The position numbers and the translations under genes were made by a program. Shown here piece by piece: positions 1-12,800 of a stretch of 40,421 bases of DNA. Source of the stretch: Propionibacteriaceae bacterium (GTDB taxonomy: Bacteria; Actinomycetota; Actinomycetes; Propionibacteriales; Propionibacteriaceae). The notes beneath the pieces are model-generated. The model was given only the letters and a program-made list of their open reading frames with translations, was not told the DNA's origin and did not search any database. Position 1 is the first letter of the stretch; every line of letters starts with the position of its first letter. Location: assembly GCA_031286045.1 (NCBI GenBank), contig JAITVA010000254.1:1-40421 (forward strand), given 5' to 3'.

Positions 1-185
1 ACATCCAACTGGCCTCTGTGCGTGTTCAAGCCACCTCGGATCACTGCGCCGAAGTGGCACTACGGCTGACCACGAGCGGTGTCAGTCACGCGGTCGCATT
101 GACGGTGCGTCACAGCGACGGCCAATGGCGCGGACGCGATGTCGCCATCGGATGACGCGCGAGCCAAAGTGACGCCGGGCATCGC

Positions 186-399
186 GAAAAGACAAGAATC
201 GACCGCCAGTGTCTCTCGTCTGAAGATGACCCGTCTTCCCACCCCACCATGGGACCGGAACGGTCCAGAAGTCGCTCATTCGAAGATGGCCGATCTCCCG
301 GCCCACGATGGGACAGGCACGGTCCACCGGTAGCTCATCTGAAGATGGTCGACTCTCCCGGCCCACTGCGGGACCGGGAGGGTCGGCCACTAGCTCACT
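186..399 (+). repeat. Tandem array of three ~60-nt hairpin-forming repeat units (222-281, 282-340, 341-399) plus a truncated unit (~186-221), abutting the secA stop codon
   Basis: Units begin GAAGATG(A/G)(C/T)C and end in GCTCA(T/C). Each carries an imperfect palindrome, e.g. GGACCGGAACGGTCC at 252-266. Positions 347-388 fold as an ~18-bp stem whose mismatches are U.G wobbles on the + strand RNA. The same family recurs inverted at 4230-4349. Confidence 0.8.
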
Positions 400-3142
400 T
401 CTTCTTCTTGTTGCGTCGTCCGGCCGCGCCTGGTCGGCTCTCGCGCAGGGTCGCTGTCTGTTCGCTTTGGACCGATGGCTGAGCCCCGGCGTTGACGACT
501 GTGGCACGGGCCGTCGTCGAGGTCGCTGTCGACGCCAAGAGACCCTTCGCGGTCATGTGTATCTCCGAACGCGCTGCGGCCTCTTCCGCTGCCAACGCTT
601 GACGGGCTGCGCGGCGCACATTGCGGCGAGTCTGATCGACGGGTTCTTCGGCCGCCGCCTGGGCCGGCGCCTTCTGCACCTGGATGCGGAAGAGGAAGGA
701 CACAACCTCCTCCATGACAGAGTCCATCATCTCCAAGAACATGCCAGCACCCTCGCGCTGATACTCGATCAGCGGGTCGCGCTGCGCCATCGAACGCAAG
801 CCGATGCCCTCACGCAGATAGTCCATCTCGTAAAGGTGCTCGCGCCACTTCCGGTCCAGCACCGTCAAGAGAACCTGCCGCTCGACGGTGCGCATGGTCT
901 CCTCGCCGAGCTCCTCTTCACGACCGTCATAGGCCTTCTGGGCGTCGTCGACGAAGGCCTGGACAAGATCCTCCTGCTTGAGTTCCTTGTCTTCGAAATC
1001 GCTGGGGTCGAGCTTGGTCGGATACAAGGTCTTCATCTGTGTCCACAACTGGCCCAGATCCCAATCCTCTTCATACCCCTGCGTCGCCCCTTGGACATAT
1101 TCGGTGACGACCTTGCTGACCGTGTCACGCAACTGCTCCTCAACGTCCGTGCCCTCCAGCACGCGTCGACGGTCCTTGTAGACGACGAAACGCTGCCGGT
1201 TCATGACATCGTCATACTTCAAGACGTTCTTGCGAGTCTCGAAGTTCTGCGCCTCGACCTGCTCCTGCGCGTTCTGGATCATCTTGGTGATGCGCTTGTC
1301 TTCGATCGGCACATCGTCGGGCACCTTCAATGCCCGCATGAACCAATCGACCATGTCACCCTTGAACAGCCGCATCAAATCATCCTGCAATGACAGGTAG
1401 AAACGCGACTCACCGGGGTCGCCCTGACGCCCAGAGCGTCCACGCAGCTGGTTGTCGATGCGGCGAGAGTCGTGTCGCTCCGAGCCGATGACATACAAGC
1501 CGCCAGCGGCCACCACCTCGTCATGCTCAGCCGCGACCTGCTCGGTGATCTCCTCGACCGCGATCGGCCACTGCCTCTCATAGTCCTCCGGTGTCTCCAC
1601 CGGGTCGAGCCCGCGCTCGCGCAACAAAGCGTCTGCCAAGAACTCGGGGTTGCCACCCAAGATGATGTCGGTGCCACGACCGGCCATATTGGTCGCCACC
1701 GTGACGGCGCCCTTACGCCCAGCCAGGGCCACAATGGCAGCCTCACGGGCATGCTGCTTCGCGTTCAGCACCTGGTGGGGCACACCGGCCAGCTTCAACC
1801 GCTTGGACAATTCCTCTGACTTGGCGACCGACGCGGTGCCGATCAGCACCGGCTGGCCATTATCGTTGCGCTCCATCACGTCGGCCACGATGGCGTCGAA
1901 TTTCGCGGTCTCAGTACGGTAAACGTAGTCCTTCTTGTCTGCGCGGATCATGGGCAGGTGGGTCCGAATCGGCAACACCCGCAATCCGTAGATCTTCTGG
2001 AACTCGGACTCCTCCGTCTTCGCGGTGCCGGTCATGCCTGAGAGTTTCTCGTACATCCTGAAGTAGTTCTGCAAGGTGATCGTCGCCAGCGTCTGGAACT
2101 CAGCCTTGATCTCTACCCCTTCCTTGGCCTCCAAGGCCTGGTGGAGGCCCTCGGAGTAGCGCCGCCCGATCAGCGTTCTCCCGGTGAACTCGTCGACGAT
2201 CAGCACCTCGCCATCCGACACGACGTAATCCTTGTCGCGCTTGAACAGTTCCTTACCCTTGATCGCATTGTTGAGGTAGGAGATCAGCGGCGTGTTGGCC
2301 GACTCGTAGAGGTTCTCGATGCCGAGGCGCTGCTCGACAGCGGTGATGCCTGGCTCCAGAACGGCGACCGTCCGTTTCTTCTCGTCGACCTCATAGTGAA
2401 CGTCACGCTTAAGCGACTCGGCGATGCGTGCGAACTCCGGGTACCAGCCAGAATCCTCGTCAGCCGGGCCGGAAATGATTAGCGGCGTGCGCGCCTCGTC
2501 GACCAGAATCGAGTCGACCTCGTCGACGATGGCGAAGTTATGACCCCGCTGGACGCAGTCCTCCAGCCGCAGTGCCATGTTGTCGCGCAGATAATCGAAG
2601 CCGAACTCATTGTTGGTGCCGTAGGTGATGTCAGCGGCGTAGGCCACCCGACGCTCCGCCGGGGTCATCTGTGACAGAATCACGCCGGTCTCCATGCCCA
2701 GGAAGTGATGGATGCGCCCCATCTGCTCCGACTGGAACTTGGCCAAATAATCGTTGACCGTGACAACGTGAACACCCTTGCCAGTCAGGGCGTTGAGGTA
2801 AGACGGCAGCACCGCCACCAGGGTCTTGCCCTCACCAGTCTTCATCTCGGCGATGGTGCCCATGTGGAGGGCGGCGCCGCCCATGAGCTGCTCGTCGAAG
2901 TGGCGTTTGCCCAACACCCGCTTGGCCGCCTCGCGCACCGTCGCGAAAGCCTCCGGCATCAAGTCATCAAGTGATTCACCGTTCTCATGACGGGTTTTGA
3001 AGTCAGCGGTCTGCGCTTTCAACTCGTCGTCGCTCATGTTGAGGTAATCGTCTTCGATGCCCGACACCTGGTCCGCCACGGCTTGCAACCTCTTGATGAA
3101 CTTGCCCTCCCCCACATGGAGGATGCTATCCAAAAGGTTCAT
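395..3142 (-). CDS. secA: Preprotein translocase ATPase SecA
   Basis: 927-aa ORF with SecA hallmarks: [15 protein letters not shown]-terminus, [11 protein letters not shown] Walker [28 protein letters not shown], basic KKKK tail. Start placed at the ATG at 3142 (MNLLDS...); the ORF track extends 12 codons further, to 3178. Confidence 0.95.
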   Translation of the reverse strand: MNLLDSILHVGEGKFIKRLQAVADQVSGIEDDYLNMSDDELKAQTADFKTRHENGESLDDLMPEAFATVREAAKRVLGKRHFDEQLMGGAALHMGTIAEMKTGEGKTLVAVLPSYLNALTGKGVHVVTVNDYLAKFQSEQMGRIHHFLGMETGVILSQMTPAERRVAYAADITYGTNNEFGFDYLRDNMALRLEDCVQRGHNFAIVDEVDSILVDEARTPLIISGPADEDSGWYPEFARIAESLKRDVHYEVDEKKRTVAVLEPGITAVEQRLGIENLYESANTPLISYLNNAIKGKELFKRDKDYVVSDGEVLIVDEFTGRTLIGRRYSEGLHQALEAKEGVEIKAEFQTLATITLQNYFRMYEKLSGMTGTAKTEESEFQKIYGLRVLPIRTHLPMIRADKKDYVYRTETAKFDAIVADVMERNDNGQPVLIGTASVAKSEELSKRLKLAGVPHQVLNAKQHAREAAIVALAGRKGAVTVATNMAGRGTDIILGGNPEFLADALLRERGLDPVETPEDYERQWPIAVEEITEQVAAEHDEVVAAGGLYVIGSERHDSRRIDNQLRGRSGRQGDPGESRFYLSLQDDLMRLFKGDMVDWFMRALKVPDDVPIEDKRITKMIQNAQEQVEAQNFETRKNVLKYDDVMNRQRFVVYKDRRRVLEGTDVEEQLRDTVSKVVTEYVQGATQGYEEDWDLGQLWTQMKTLYPTKLDPSDFEDKELKQEDLVQAFVDDAQKAYDGREEELGEETMRTVERQVLLTVLDRKWREHLYEMDYLREGIGLRSMAQRDPLIEYQREGAGMFLEMMDSVMEEVVSFLFRIQVQKAPAQAAAEEPVDQTRRNVRRAARQALAAEEAAARSEIHMTAKGLLASTATSTTARATVVNAGAQPSVQSEQTATLRESRPGAAGRRNKKKK

Positions 3143-3186
3143 TGCTCTCCCGTCTCTGCTCCGCGGGCGCGGGGCCAATCTGTCCT

Positions 3187-3192
3187 ATTCTA
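3187..3192 (-). promoter_or_regulatory. Candidate -10 hexamer TAGAAT upstream of secA
   Basis: Reverse complement of ATTCTA at 3187-3192, ~45 nt upstream of the secA ATG. No convincing -35 box. Confidence 0.3.
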
Positions 3193-3219
3193 CTGGGGCG
3201 AGGCGAAGCGGTACCACTT

Positions 3220-3252
3220 GGGGGAGGCCAACCCTTCGGGCGATCATCCCCC
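3220..3252 (-). terminator. Possible stem-loop downstream of xerD
   Basis: GGGGGA (3220-3225) pairs with TCCCCC (3247-3252) around an inner GCC/GGC pairing. No U-tract follows, so this is weak. Confidence 0.3.
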
Positions 3253-3263
3253 GCTCGTGTGGA

Positions 3264-4397
3264 TCAGCCATTCAGAGCCCGGGGATGGGCCTCACGGTAG
3301 ACCTCGCGCAGGTGATCGAGAGTCACCAGGGTGTAGATCTGAGTGGTGGCGACCGACGAGTGGCCGAGCAACTCCTGGACGACCCGCAGATCAGCCCCGG
3401 CGTCGAGCAGATGGGTGGCATAGGTGTGGCGCAGAAGATGGGGCGAGACCTCCTGCTCAATATGGGCCGCACGCCCCAGTTCAGTGATGCGGTTGAAGGC
3501 GCTCTGGCGTGATAGTCGAGCGCCGCGCGCATTGAGGAAGAGCGCCCCAGTCGTTAGGCGAGCCCGACTGGCCAGGGGCGGGCGACCACGCACCAACCAG
3601 GTCTGCAAGGCTTGGCGAGCGTACCGTCCGACCGGCACCACACGCGCCTTGTTGCCCTTACCGATGAAGCGGATGCCGCTGACCGGATCCTCCAAGAATC
3701 GTATGGCGTCATCGACGTCAAGGGCCAGCGCCTCAGAGACACGAGCACCGCTGCCGTACAGAAGTTCCACCAGCGCTCGATCGCACAACTGATCTGCAGG
3801 CGAACCCGGCTCGACCCCACCGGCCGCAGCGATCAGTCGGCTGACTTCGTCGATCGTCAAGGCCGCCGGCAACCGGCGACCCGGGGTTGGCGGTGTGACA
3901 TCATGGGCCACATCGGTGAGCGTGATCTTCTCAACCGCCCAGAAGCGATGCAGCCCCCGCACAGCCACCGTCATCCGACCGATGGTGGACGCGGCCAAGC
4001 CGCGCGTTCGCATGGCCGTAAGAAAACCGCGCACCGTCGATGTGTCGATGTCCTGTGGTCGAACCACGCCGAGATCGCCCAGGTACTCCTGATAACGGTC
4101 GAGATCGCGAGCGTAAGCCGAGGTTGTGTTCGCCGACAGGCCACGCTCGACCTTGAGATGATCGAGGTAGGCCGTGATCCCCCGACGAAGAGGGACGCCA
4201 CCCCCCGATGCCACCGGCCCCGCACCCTCGACTGAACCGCCGGTGGACCGTCCCAGATCCCCAGCAGGACGGGAAAACCCGCCCTTTTCGGACGAGCTGC
4301 TAGTGGACCGGCCCGGCTCCGCAATCGGACCGGAACGCCCACTGTTTTCGGCGGAGGTCTGCGCCTGGCCCTGAGGATCGTCAACCGCGTCGATCAT
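3264..4397 (-). CDS. xerD: Tyrosine site-specific recombinase XerD with a ~65-aa repeat-derived N-terminal extension
   Basis: The C-terminal catalytic region (LLRHTYATHLLDAGADLRVVQELLGHSSVATTQIYT) and the core-binding start (ITAYLDHLKVERGLSANTTSAYARDL) are typical XerC/D. Called xerD from the pyrG-NUDIX-xerD synteny. The ATG at 4397 lies 3 nt after the NUDIX stop, and there is no alternative in-frame start before the core-binding domain. Confidence 0.9.
   Translation of the reverse strand: MIDAVDDPQGQAQTSAENSGRSGPIAEPGRSTSSSSEKGGFSRPAGDLGRSTGGSVEGAGPVASGGGVPLRRGITAYLDHLKVERGLSANTTSAYARDLDRYQEYLGDLGVVRPQDIDTSTVRGFLTAMRTRGLAASTIGRMTVAVRGLHRFWAVEKITLTDVAHDVTPPTPGRRLPAALTIDEVSRLIAAAGGVEPGSPADQLCDRALVELLYGSGARVSEALALDVDDAIRFLEDPVSGIRFIGKGNKARVVPVGRYARQALQTWLVRGRPPLASRARLTTGALFLNARGARLSRQSAFNRITELGRAAHIEQEVSPHLLRHTYATHLLDAGADLRVVQELLGHSSVATTQIYTLVTLDHLREVYREAHPRALNG
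4230..4349 (-). repeat. Two exact-period 60-nt copies (4230-4289, 4290-4349, plus a degenerate third to ~4385) of the secA-downstream repeat family, inside the xerD coding region
   Basis: The reverse complement aligns with units at 222-399 (GAAAAC...GGTCCG...GGACCGG...GCTCGTCC versus GAAGATGG...GGTCC...GCTCAT). It is translated as a 20-aa peptide repeat: ENSGRSGPIAEPGRSTSSSS / EKGGFSRPAGDLGRSTGGSV. Confidence 0.75.
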
Positions 4398-4400
4398 GTC

Positions 4401-6847
<2,447 letters not shown>

Positions 6848-6857
6848 TCAGAGGGGA

Positions 6858-9800
6858 CTATCCCTGAGACACCCTGCGCCGCTTCAGGCCGACCCACACA
6901 CCGGCCGAAGCAACCATCAAACCGGCCAGCAGCCCATGCAGCTTGATCTCCTGCGTGGTCGCCGATCCACCTGTCTTGATGACCGGTCCGCCGCCCTTGT
7001 TCGCGGCTGTGACTTCGAAGGTCCCCGAGACCGAGCCGGACTTCTCACCGGTCAACGTTCCCGTATGGGTTCCCACCTCGAAGTCAGCGGGAACGATGAA
7101 CTCGAAGTACACACGTCCCTCCTGGTCTGCGATTTGGCAACCGACGTTGAGCGTCGACGACTGAACCGTCAAACAGACCTTCTCACCAGGGTTGAAGTTG
7201 GTGCCCGTGACCGTCTGCTGCTGCTGCGGCTGACGAGTCGGGTAGCCAAACTCGATACCAAGCGAACCAACGATCACCTCGGTCGGATCAGACTCGTTTC
7301 CAGCCGGATCCGTCTCCACAACCTGGATGACATCGCCCGGGTTGAGCGGCGTCGTCGGCGTGCACACGAAGTGGCCGTCCTTATCGATCGGGACATCCTG
7401 GCAACCGTCCACCGGCTTGCCATCAGGACCCTTGACATCGATCGTGTCACCCGGTTCTCCGCCACCGATGACCTCAGAACCGTTGGGCGACTCAGCGTCC
7501 GGCGGCTCGGGGCGATCAGTGTCGAGATCAGTGGTGGTCGGACCGGAGTCGTTGCCCGCAGGATCAGTGGCGACAGCAGTGATCGGACCAGAAGGCGTGC
7601 CGTCAGGAGTCATGCAACTCCAGGTCGTGTCCTTCTGAACCTCGGCAGTGCAGATCTCCTTGCCATCCTCGTCGGTCACGGTCACAATCGTGCCCGGGTC
7701 GAGCGGATGGTCTGGCGTGTTCGGCACCGTGCCGCCGATCTCATCGCCATTGGCGGTGTCGATGATCGGAGCGTTCGGCGCGACCGTGTCGATCGTGAAA
7801 TCGACCTCATTCGACGGACCAGACACGTTTCCGGCCGGATCGGTCTGGGTGGCGGTCAGAGTGTGATCACCATCAGGCATCGGATCCTTGGGCGTGCATG
7901 TCCAAGTCTTGTCGGCGGCCACCGTCGCCGTGCAGACGACGACATCCTTTCCGTCGGGACCCTTGTCATGCACGGTCACCGTGTCACCGGGCTCATCGGC
8001 AGTGCCGCTGATATCCGGAGTGTTGTCGTTGGTGAGAGCACCATCCTTCGGGTCAGTGATGACTGGAGGATTCGGACCATTGGTGTCCTCGAACGTGACC
8101 GGCGCCGGCGAGCCGAAGATATCGACCGGTGTGGTGACAGCAGTCGCCGGATCATCGATCTTGGCCGTGACATTGACTGTCTCCACCTTGTTGTCGGTCA
8201 CCTTGATGATGGCGTGGCCTGTCTCATCCGTGGTCACAGTCGTCGCCTGACCGGTGACGCCGTCACCAACCAGAGAACCAGAACCATCGACCCCGAAGTC
8301 AACCGGAGCATTCGCCACCGGGTTGCAGTACTTGTCGGTGATATAGGCATCAGCTGTCGCCTGGCCACCGATCTCCAACTTCAACGGGTCAACCGTCAGA
8401 TTGGTCGGCTCCCGACCGTCGCAGTCCTCGGGATTCGGCACCACCGGAACACCCTTGCCTGCCGTGAAGGTGACGTCCACCGGCGAGCCGAAGATATCGG
8501 CGCCCGCCTTGACGGCTGTGTCGATCGTCGCACGAACCGAAACCGTCTCAGCCTTCTTGTCAGTCAAGGTCACCTTGCACACACCATCGTCACCCGAGGT
8601 GCATGTCACGGCCTGGCCTGCTTCAGTGCCACCGGTGTTGAAGAAACCTTCACCGGTCACAGACAGAGCCACCGCAGTGCCAGCCACTGGGTTGTCGTTG
8701 ATATCGCGGATCGTCGCCGTCGCCGTGACGTTGTCACCAGCGATCTGCTTCAGAGGCTCCACCACGAGGGAGGAGTGCTCCGCATTCGCCGCACCCGACT
8801 TGAAGGTCAGGGTCACAGGCGACGAAGCCCCTGGGAACTTCGGCTCGACCTTGTCAGGCCCGATGAAGACCCTGGCGGTGTGATCGCCTGCCTTCGTCGA
8901 GGTGTACCAGATCGTGGTTTCGCCGTCCTCATTGGTCGGTTTGATGCCGGTCTGAGCGACCAGTGTCGCATCACCAACCTCGGAGACAACAGTCTGGTTC
9001 GGGACGGGGTTGTCGTACTTGTCCTTCGCCTCGACCAAGACCTCGTCGCGCGCACTGCCATCGGCGGTCGCGTTGTTGACCGTGACGGTCACCTTGGAGT
9101 GAGCGGCGTCCACCGGGCCGGGATACCAAGCACGGCTTTGCGCCTGACCAATTTGACCATTGATCAAGGTCGCGGTGAAGGCGTACGTGCCCGCCTTGGT
9201 CGACGAGACCGTCACAGAGCACTCGCCCTGAGCATTGGACACGCAGAACATGGAATCTGGGGTCCAATCCAACAGTTCGGCGTCATGGTCGACTCCGAAG
9301 GTCACGGCCGCGTCAGCCACCAGTTCATTGCGATCGTTGCGCACCGTGGCGGTCAGAGTGTACGTGTTGTCCTCACCCTCACCAACCTCGAGCGGCCCGT
9401 CGGGCGTGATCGTCCAGGAAGAGTTCTCAGGTGAGACTTCATCCGTCCCGAAGTACATCGTCACAGGCGAGCCCTTGGGCGTGACTGTGTCGTTGATGCG
9501 GACATCGACCGTCTTCTGACCGGGAACCGTGGAGGCGTACCAGATGGTCGTTTTGCCATTGGCGTCGGTCGCGGCAATATCAGGCTGAATCGTCAGACCG
9601 TTCTCGCTGCCAGCCACCGGTGTTGAAGAGACCTTGGCCCCCGGAACTGGGTTGTCAAAGCGGTCCATCGCCGTGACTTCGACCACATTGTGGGCGATGC
9701 CGTCATACTTGGCGCCGTTGACGATCAACTTCGCAGTCGAATGATCAGCGTCAACTGGACCAGGTGTGAACACAGCCGTCACAGGATCAGACACCAGGCC

Positions 9801-12800
9801 ACCGGCCTCGCCGGTGATGTCATAGGATCCAGCCTTGGTCGAGGTGACCTCGATAGAGCAGGAGCCATTGCTAGCGGCAGTCTGGCAACTGGCCTGAGTC
9901 TGTCCATCTGGCGTTGTCAGACCTGCCGGCAGATCGAAGGCGACCCCAGCTTCGAGCGGATTGCCGTTGACATCCGTCGCCTTGGCCGTCACCGTGTAGA
10001 CATTGCCAACTTCCTGCGGACCGGCCGGGGTGAGCGTCAAAGTCAGATCACCCAGAGCACCGCTGACGAAGTTCAGCGTGACCGGAGACTGCTTCAGTTC
10101 CTTGCCCTCCACTGTCGCCGTCACATCATGGCCCCCAGCGACCCGTGAGGTGGCATAAGCCACACCGTGACCGGTCGCGTCAGTCGTGATACTCGATGCC
10201 AGCAGAGTCAATGCCGAATCAGTCGTGCTCAGCGCGACCTGTGCGGCGTCAACCGGGTTACCGAACTTATCAACCGTGAAGACGTTGACACCGTCACGAT
10301 CCGTCCCATCCGCCTGCGCGTTGTTGGGGTCGACCCAGACGGAAGTCTGGTTCTTCGACTCGTCAACCTCAGGCGTGTCGGGGTTGTCCTTGGAGTCACA
10401 GGTCTCGACCGCCGGGTTGCAGACCTTGTCCGGAGTGAAGGTCACAGTCTGCGGGCTGGACCTCTTCGGATCACCGTTGCCGCCAAGATCAACGTTCTGA
10501 CCATTGACGGGCACAGTCGCGTGCACCTCATAGTCGCCGGCGAAGTAGCTGCTGAGTGTCACGAAGCAACGGCCATCGCCCACCGTCTCACACGTCGTGT
10601 CACTGAGCTGAGCCGCCTTGGAGTTGTCCGCCCATGGGCTGTTGACAGCGAATGAGACGGTCGCCCCGGGAATCGGGTTCATCTGATCATCAACAATGAA
10701 GGCCTCCGCCTTGAAGGTCGAGCCCACCACCTGAGAGTGATCCGGTGTGATGATCAACTGAGACTTCTCAGCGGAGATGTTGCCAAGCGCGAAACGGATC
10801 GAGTTGATGCCGTTGGTCGCAGGTGTCGGAACATCCAGATCCTCGGTCATCTCACCAGAACGCACCTTGGCGTTGGCCGTGTAGGTGCCAGCCGTCGTCG
10901 AGGTCCAGGACACATCAACCTTGGCGTCGTCACCCGTGGGATCGGACTTCTGGGTCAGCGGTGTCAGCTTGTCGGCCAGGGCTCCGACCGTGGCGTCCGT
11001 CACAGTGAAGACCGCACTAGCCACAACATTGCCATACTGGTCATAGGCCGATGCCTGAGCAACGTCCTTGGCCGTGCCATTCGCAGGCTGGTCATTCGTG
11101 GTCATGACGATCTTCGTGAAGTTCTCCTCATCCTCCTTCTCAGGCGTCTCAGGATTGTCGATCGGCGTGCAGTTGTCGACGCAGACATCGCCGGCCACGA
11201 AGGTCACCTGTGGCTTCTCCGTGAGGAGGACACCATCCACCGTCGCGGTCACCGTGAAGGTGCCCACCAGCTGGGAGGTCGTCGTGAACGTATAGGTGCC
11301 ATCGTTGTGATTCGCGAACTGGACGAACACCAAGTCCGGCAACTGCGGAGCCGTTCCAGACATCACGAAGTCGGACAATTCCAGATCCGTGATCGGGTTG
11401 TCGTACCCATCACGGGCCGTCACCGTCGCAACGACCGGGGAACCGGCGGTTTGACGGCTCGGCTCAACCGTCAGGTGGCTCTTGTCCGCGTCCACCTTGC
11501 CATGGGTGAAGGTCAGAGTCTTCGGGGAGGCCATCGCTGCGACGCCACCGCCTTGGATCTCCTGATCACCGTTGACGTAGCCGTGCAGAACCACCTGCTC
11601 GGCCTGAGTGTCGGTGATCTCCACCGTGCACTGGCCATTGTCGCCTGTGGTGCAGGTCAGGGCACTCAGCTTGGCCGAGTCGTTGTCTGTCGCTGTCGGC
11701 TCATCGAGCGCGAAGGTGACCACGGCGCCCGCCATCGGCGTGCCTGCGTCGTTCTTCGCGGTCGCCGTCGCAACAATCTTGTCGCCGACGACCTGAGACT
11801 CGCGATCCACCTCAAGGGTCGACTTCTCCGCAGACGCGGTGTCATCCTTGAAGGTGATGGTCTTGGGCGAGTCGATCATGGGATTAGCCGTGGTACGTCC
11901 CGTGCCGATCTCACCGCCATTCACAAAACCGTGAGCTATGACTGTCTCGGGGTTGGCGTCCCTGACAATGGCCTCGCAGGTGCCGTCGTCCTGGGTGACA
12001 CACGAACCGGTCACCGTGGCGGACCCATCGGCATCATCCACCGAGAAGGTGAAGGTGGTTCCAGCGCCGACCTTCGTGCCGTTGATGTCCTTGCCAGTCG
12101 CCTTGAGAGTGACCGAAGAACCCGTCCGCGTGGTGGCGGTGCCGTCGGCGGCCACCACAGTCGGGTCACTCGCCACGATCTCGAGTTCGGATGTCGAGGG
12201 GTGAGCCGGACCGACACCAGTGAAGACGACCGTAGCCGGCGATCCGGACAAGCCGGAACCACCGTCGAGGGCGGCCGTCACATGAACGGTCTCAGCCCGG
12301 TCGTCAGTCAATTGGATGATGGCCTTCGAGTCAGCACCCGTCGTCACGACCGCTGACTGCAGGTCTGTGCCAGAACCGATGAAGACTGCGTCGCCGTCCA
12401 CGCCAAAGTTGACATTGAAGCCCGAACCCACCACGTTGCAGTAGGTGTCGGTCACATACGCGGTCGCTGTTGAGTTGGTGCCGATGCCGACCGGGCTGTC
12501 CGCGGTCAGGTTGGTGCCGACCAGGTGTGGATCACGGCAGTCCACAGGCGGATCCACCGTCTCATCCGGGTTGCCAGCCTTGTACTCAACCGTGGCCGGA
12601 GAGTTGTTGACATCCTTGAGCGCCCCACCGTTGTCCTGATCAGGGATCTGAGCATGGATGAGGAACTTGCCTGCTGCGATGCTGGTCAAGGTGACCGAGC
12701 AGTTGCCCTGGTCACCTGTGGTGCAGGTATTGGATGACAGCTTTGTGCGGTCAGGGTTGACGGCGGCGCCGGTCAGATCCGTCACCTTGTAGGTGACCGT

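Noticed and set aside
1-185. Possible gene fragment at the left edge (frame 1 is open from nt 1 to a TGA at 67-69; minus-strand ORF 60-242)
   Set aside because: Too short, with no motifs and no start context visible. I cannot support any call from sequence alone.
82-507. 141-aa minus-strand ORF spanning the repeat array and the secA 3' end
   Set aside because: It overlaps secA out of frame, and its sequence is just the repeat units read through. The repeats keep frames open by composition. No independent start or RBS signal.
308-1393. 361-aa + strand ORF antisense to secA, plus similar antisense ORFs opposite pyrG (5066-6046), PKS-A (26572-27804, 27883-28779, 25118-26050), PKS-B (19328-20122, 20994-21776) and recN (31528-32286)
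   Set aside because: All lie fully inside strongly supported genes on the other strand and show no recognisable motifs. They are high-GC frame artefacts.
3264-4397. xerD as the integrase of the accessory insert
   Set aside because: It sits in the conserved pyrG-NUDIX-xerD housekeeping context, 2.3 kb from the insert boundary, with full XerD core-binding and catalytic regions. This is the chromosome-dimer resolvase, not an island integrase.
7215-7226. (CTG)4 tract encoding QQQQ near the adhesin C-terminus
   Set aside because: Only four units and in frame. Not a credible contingency locus.
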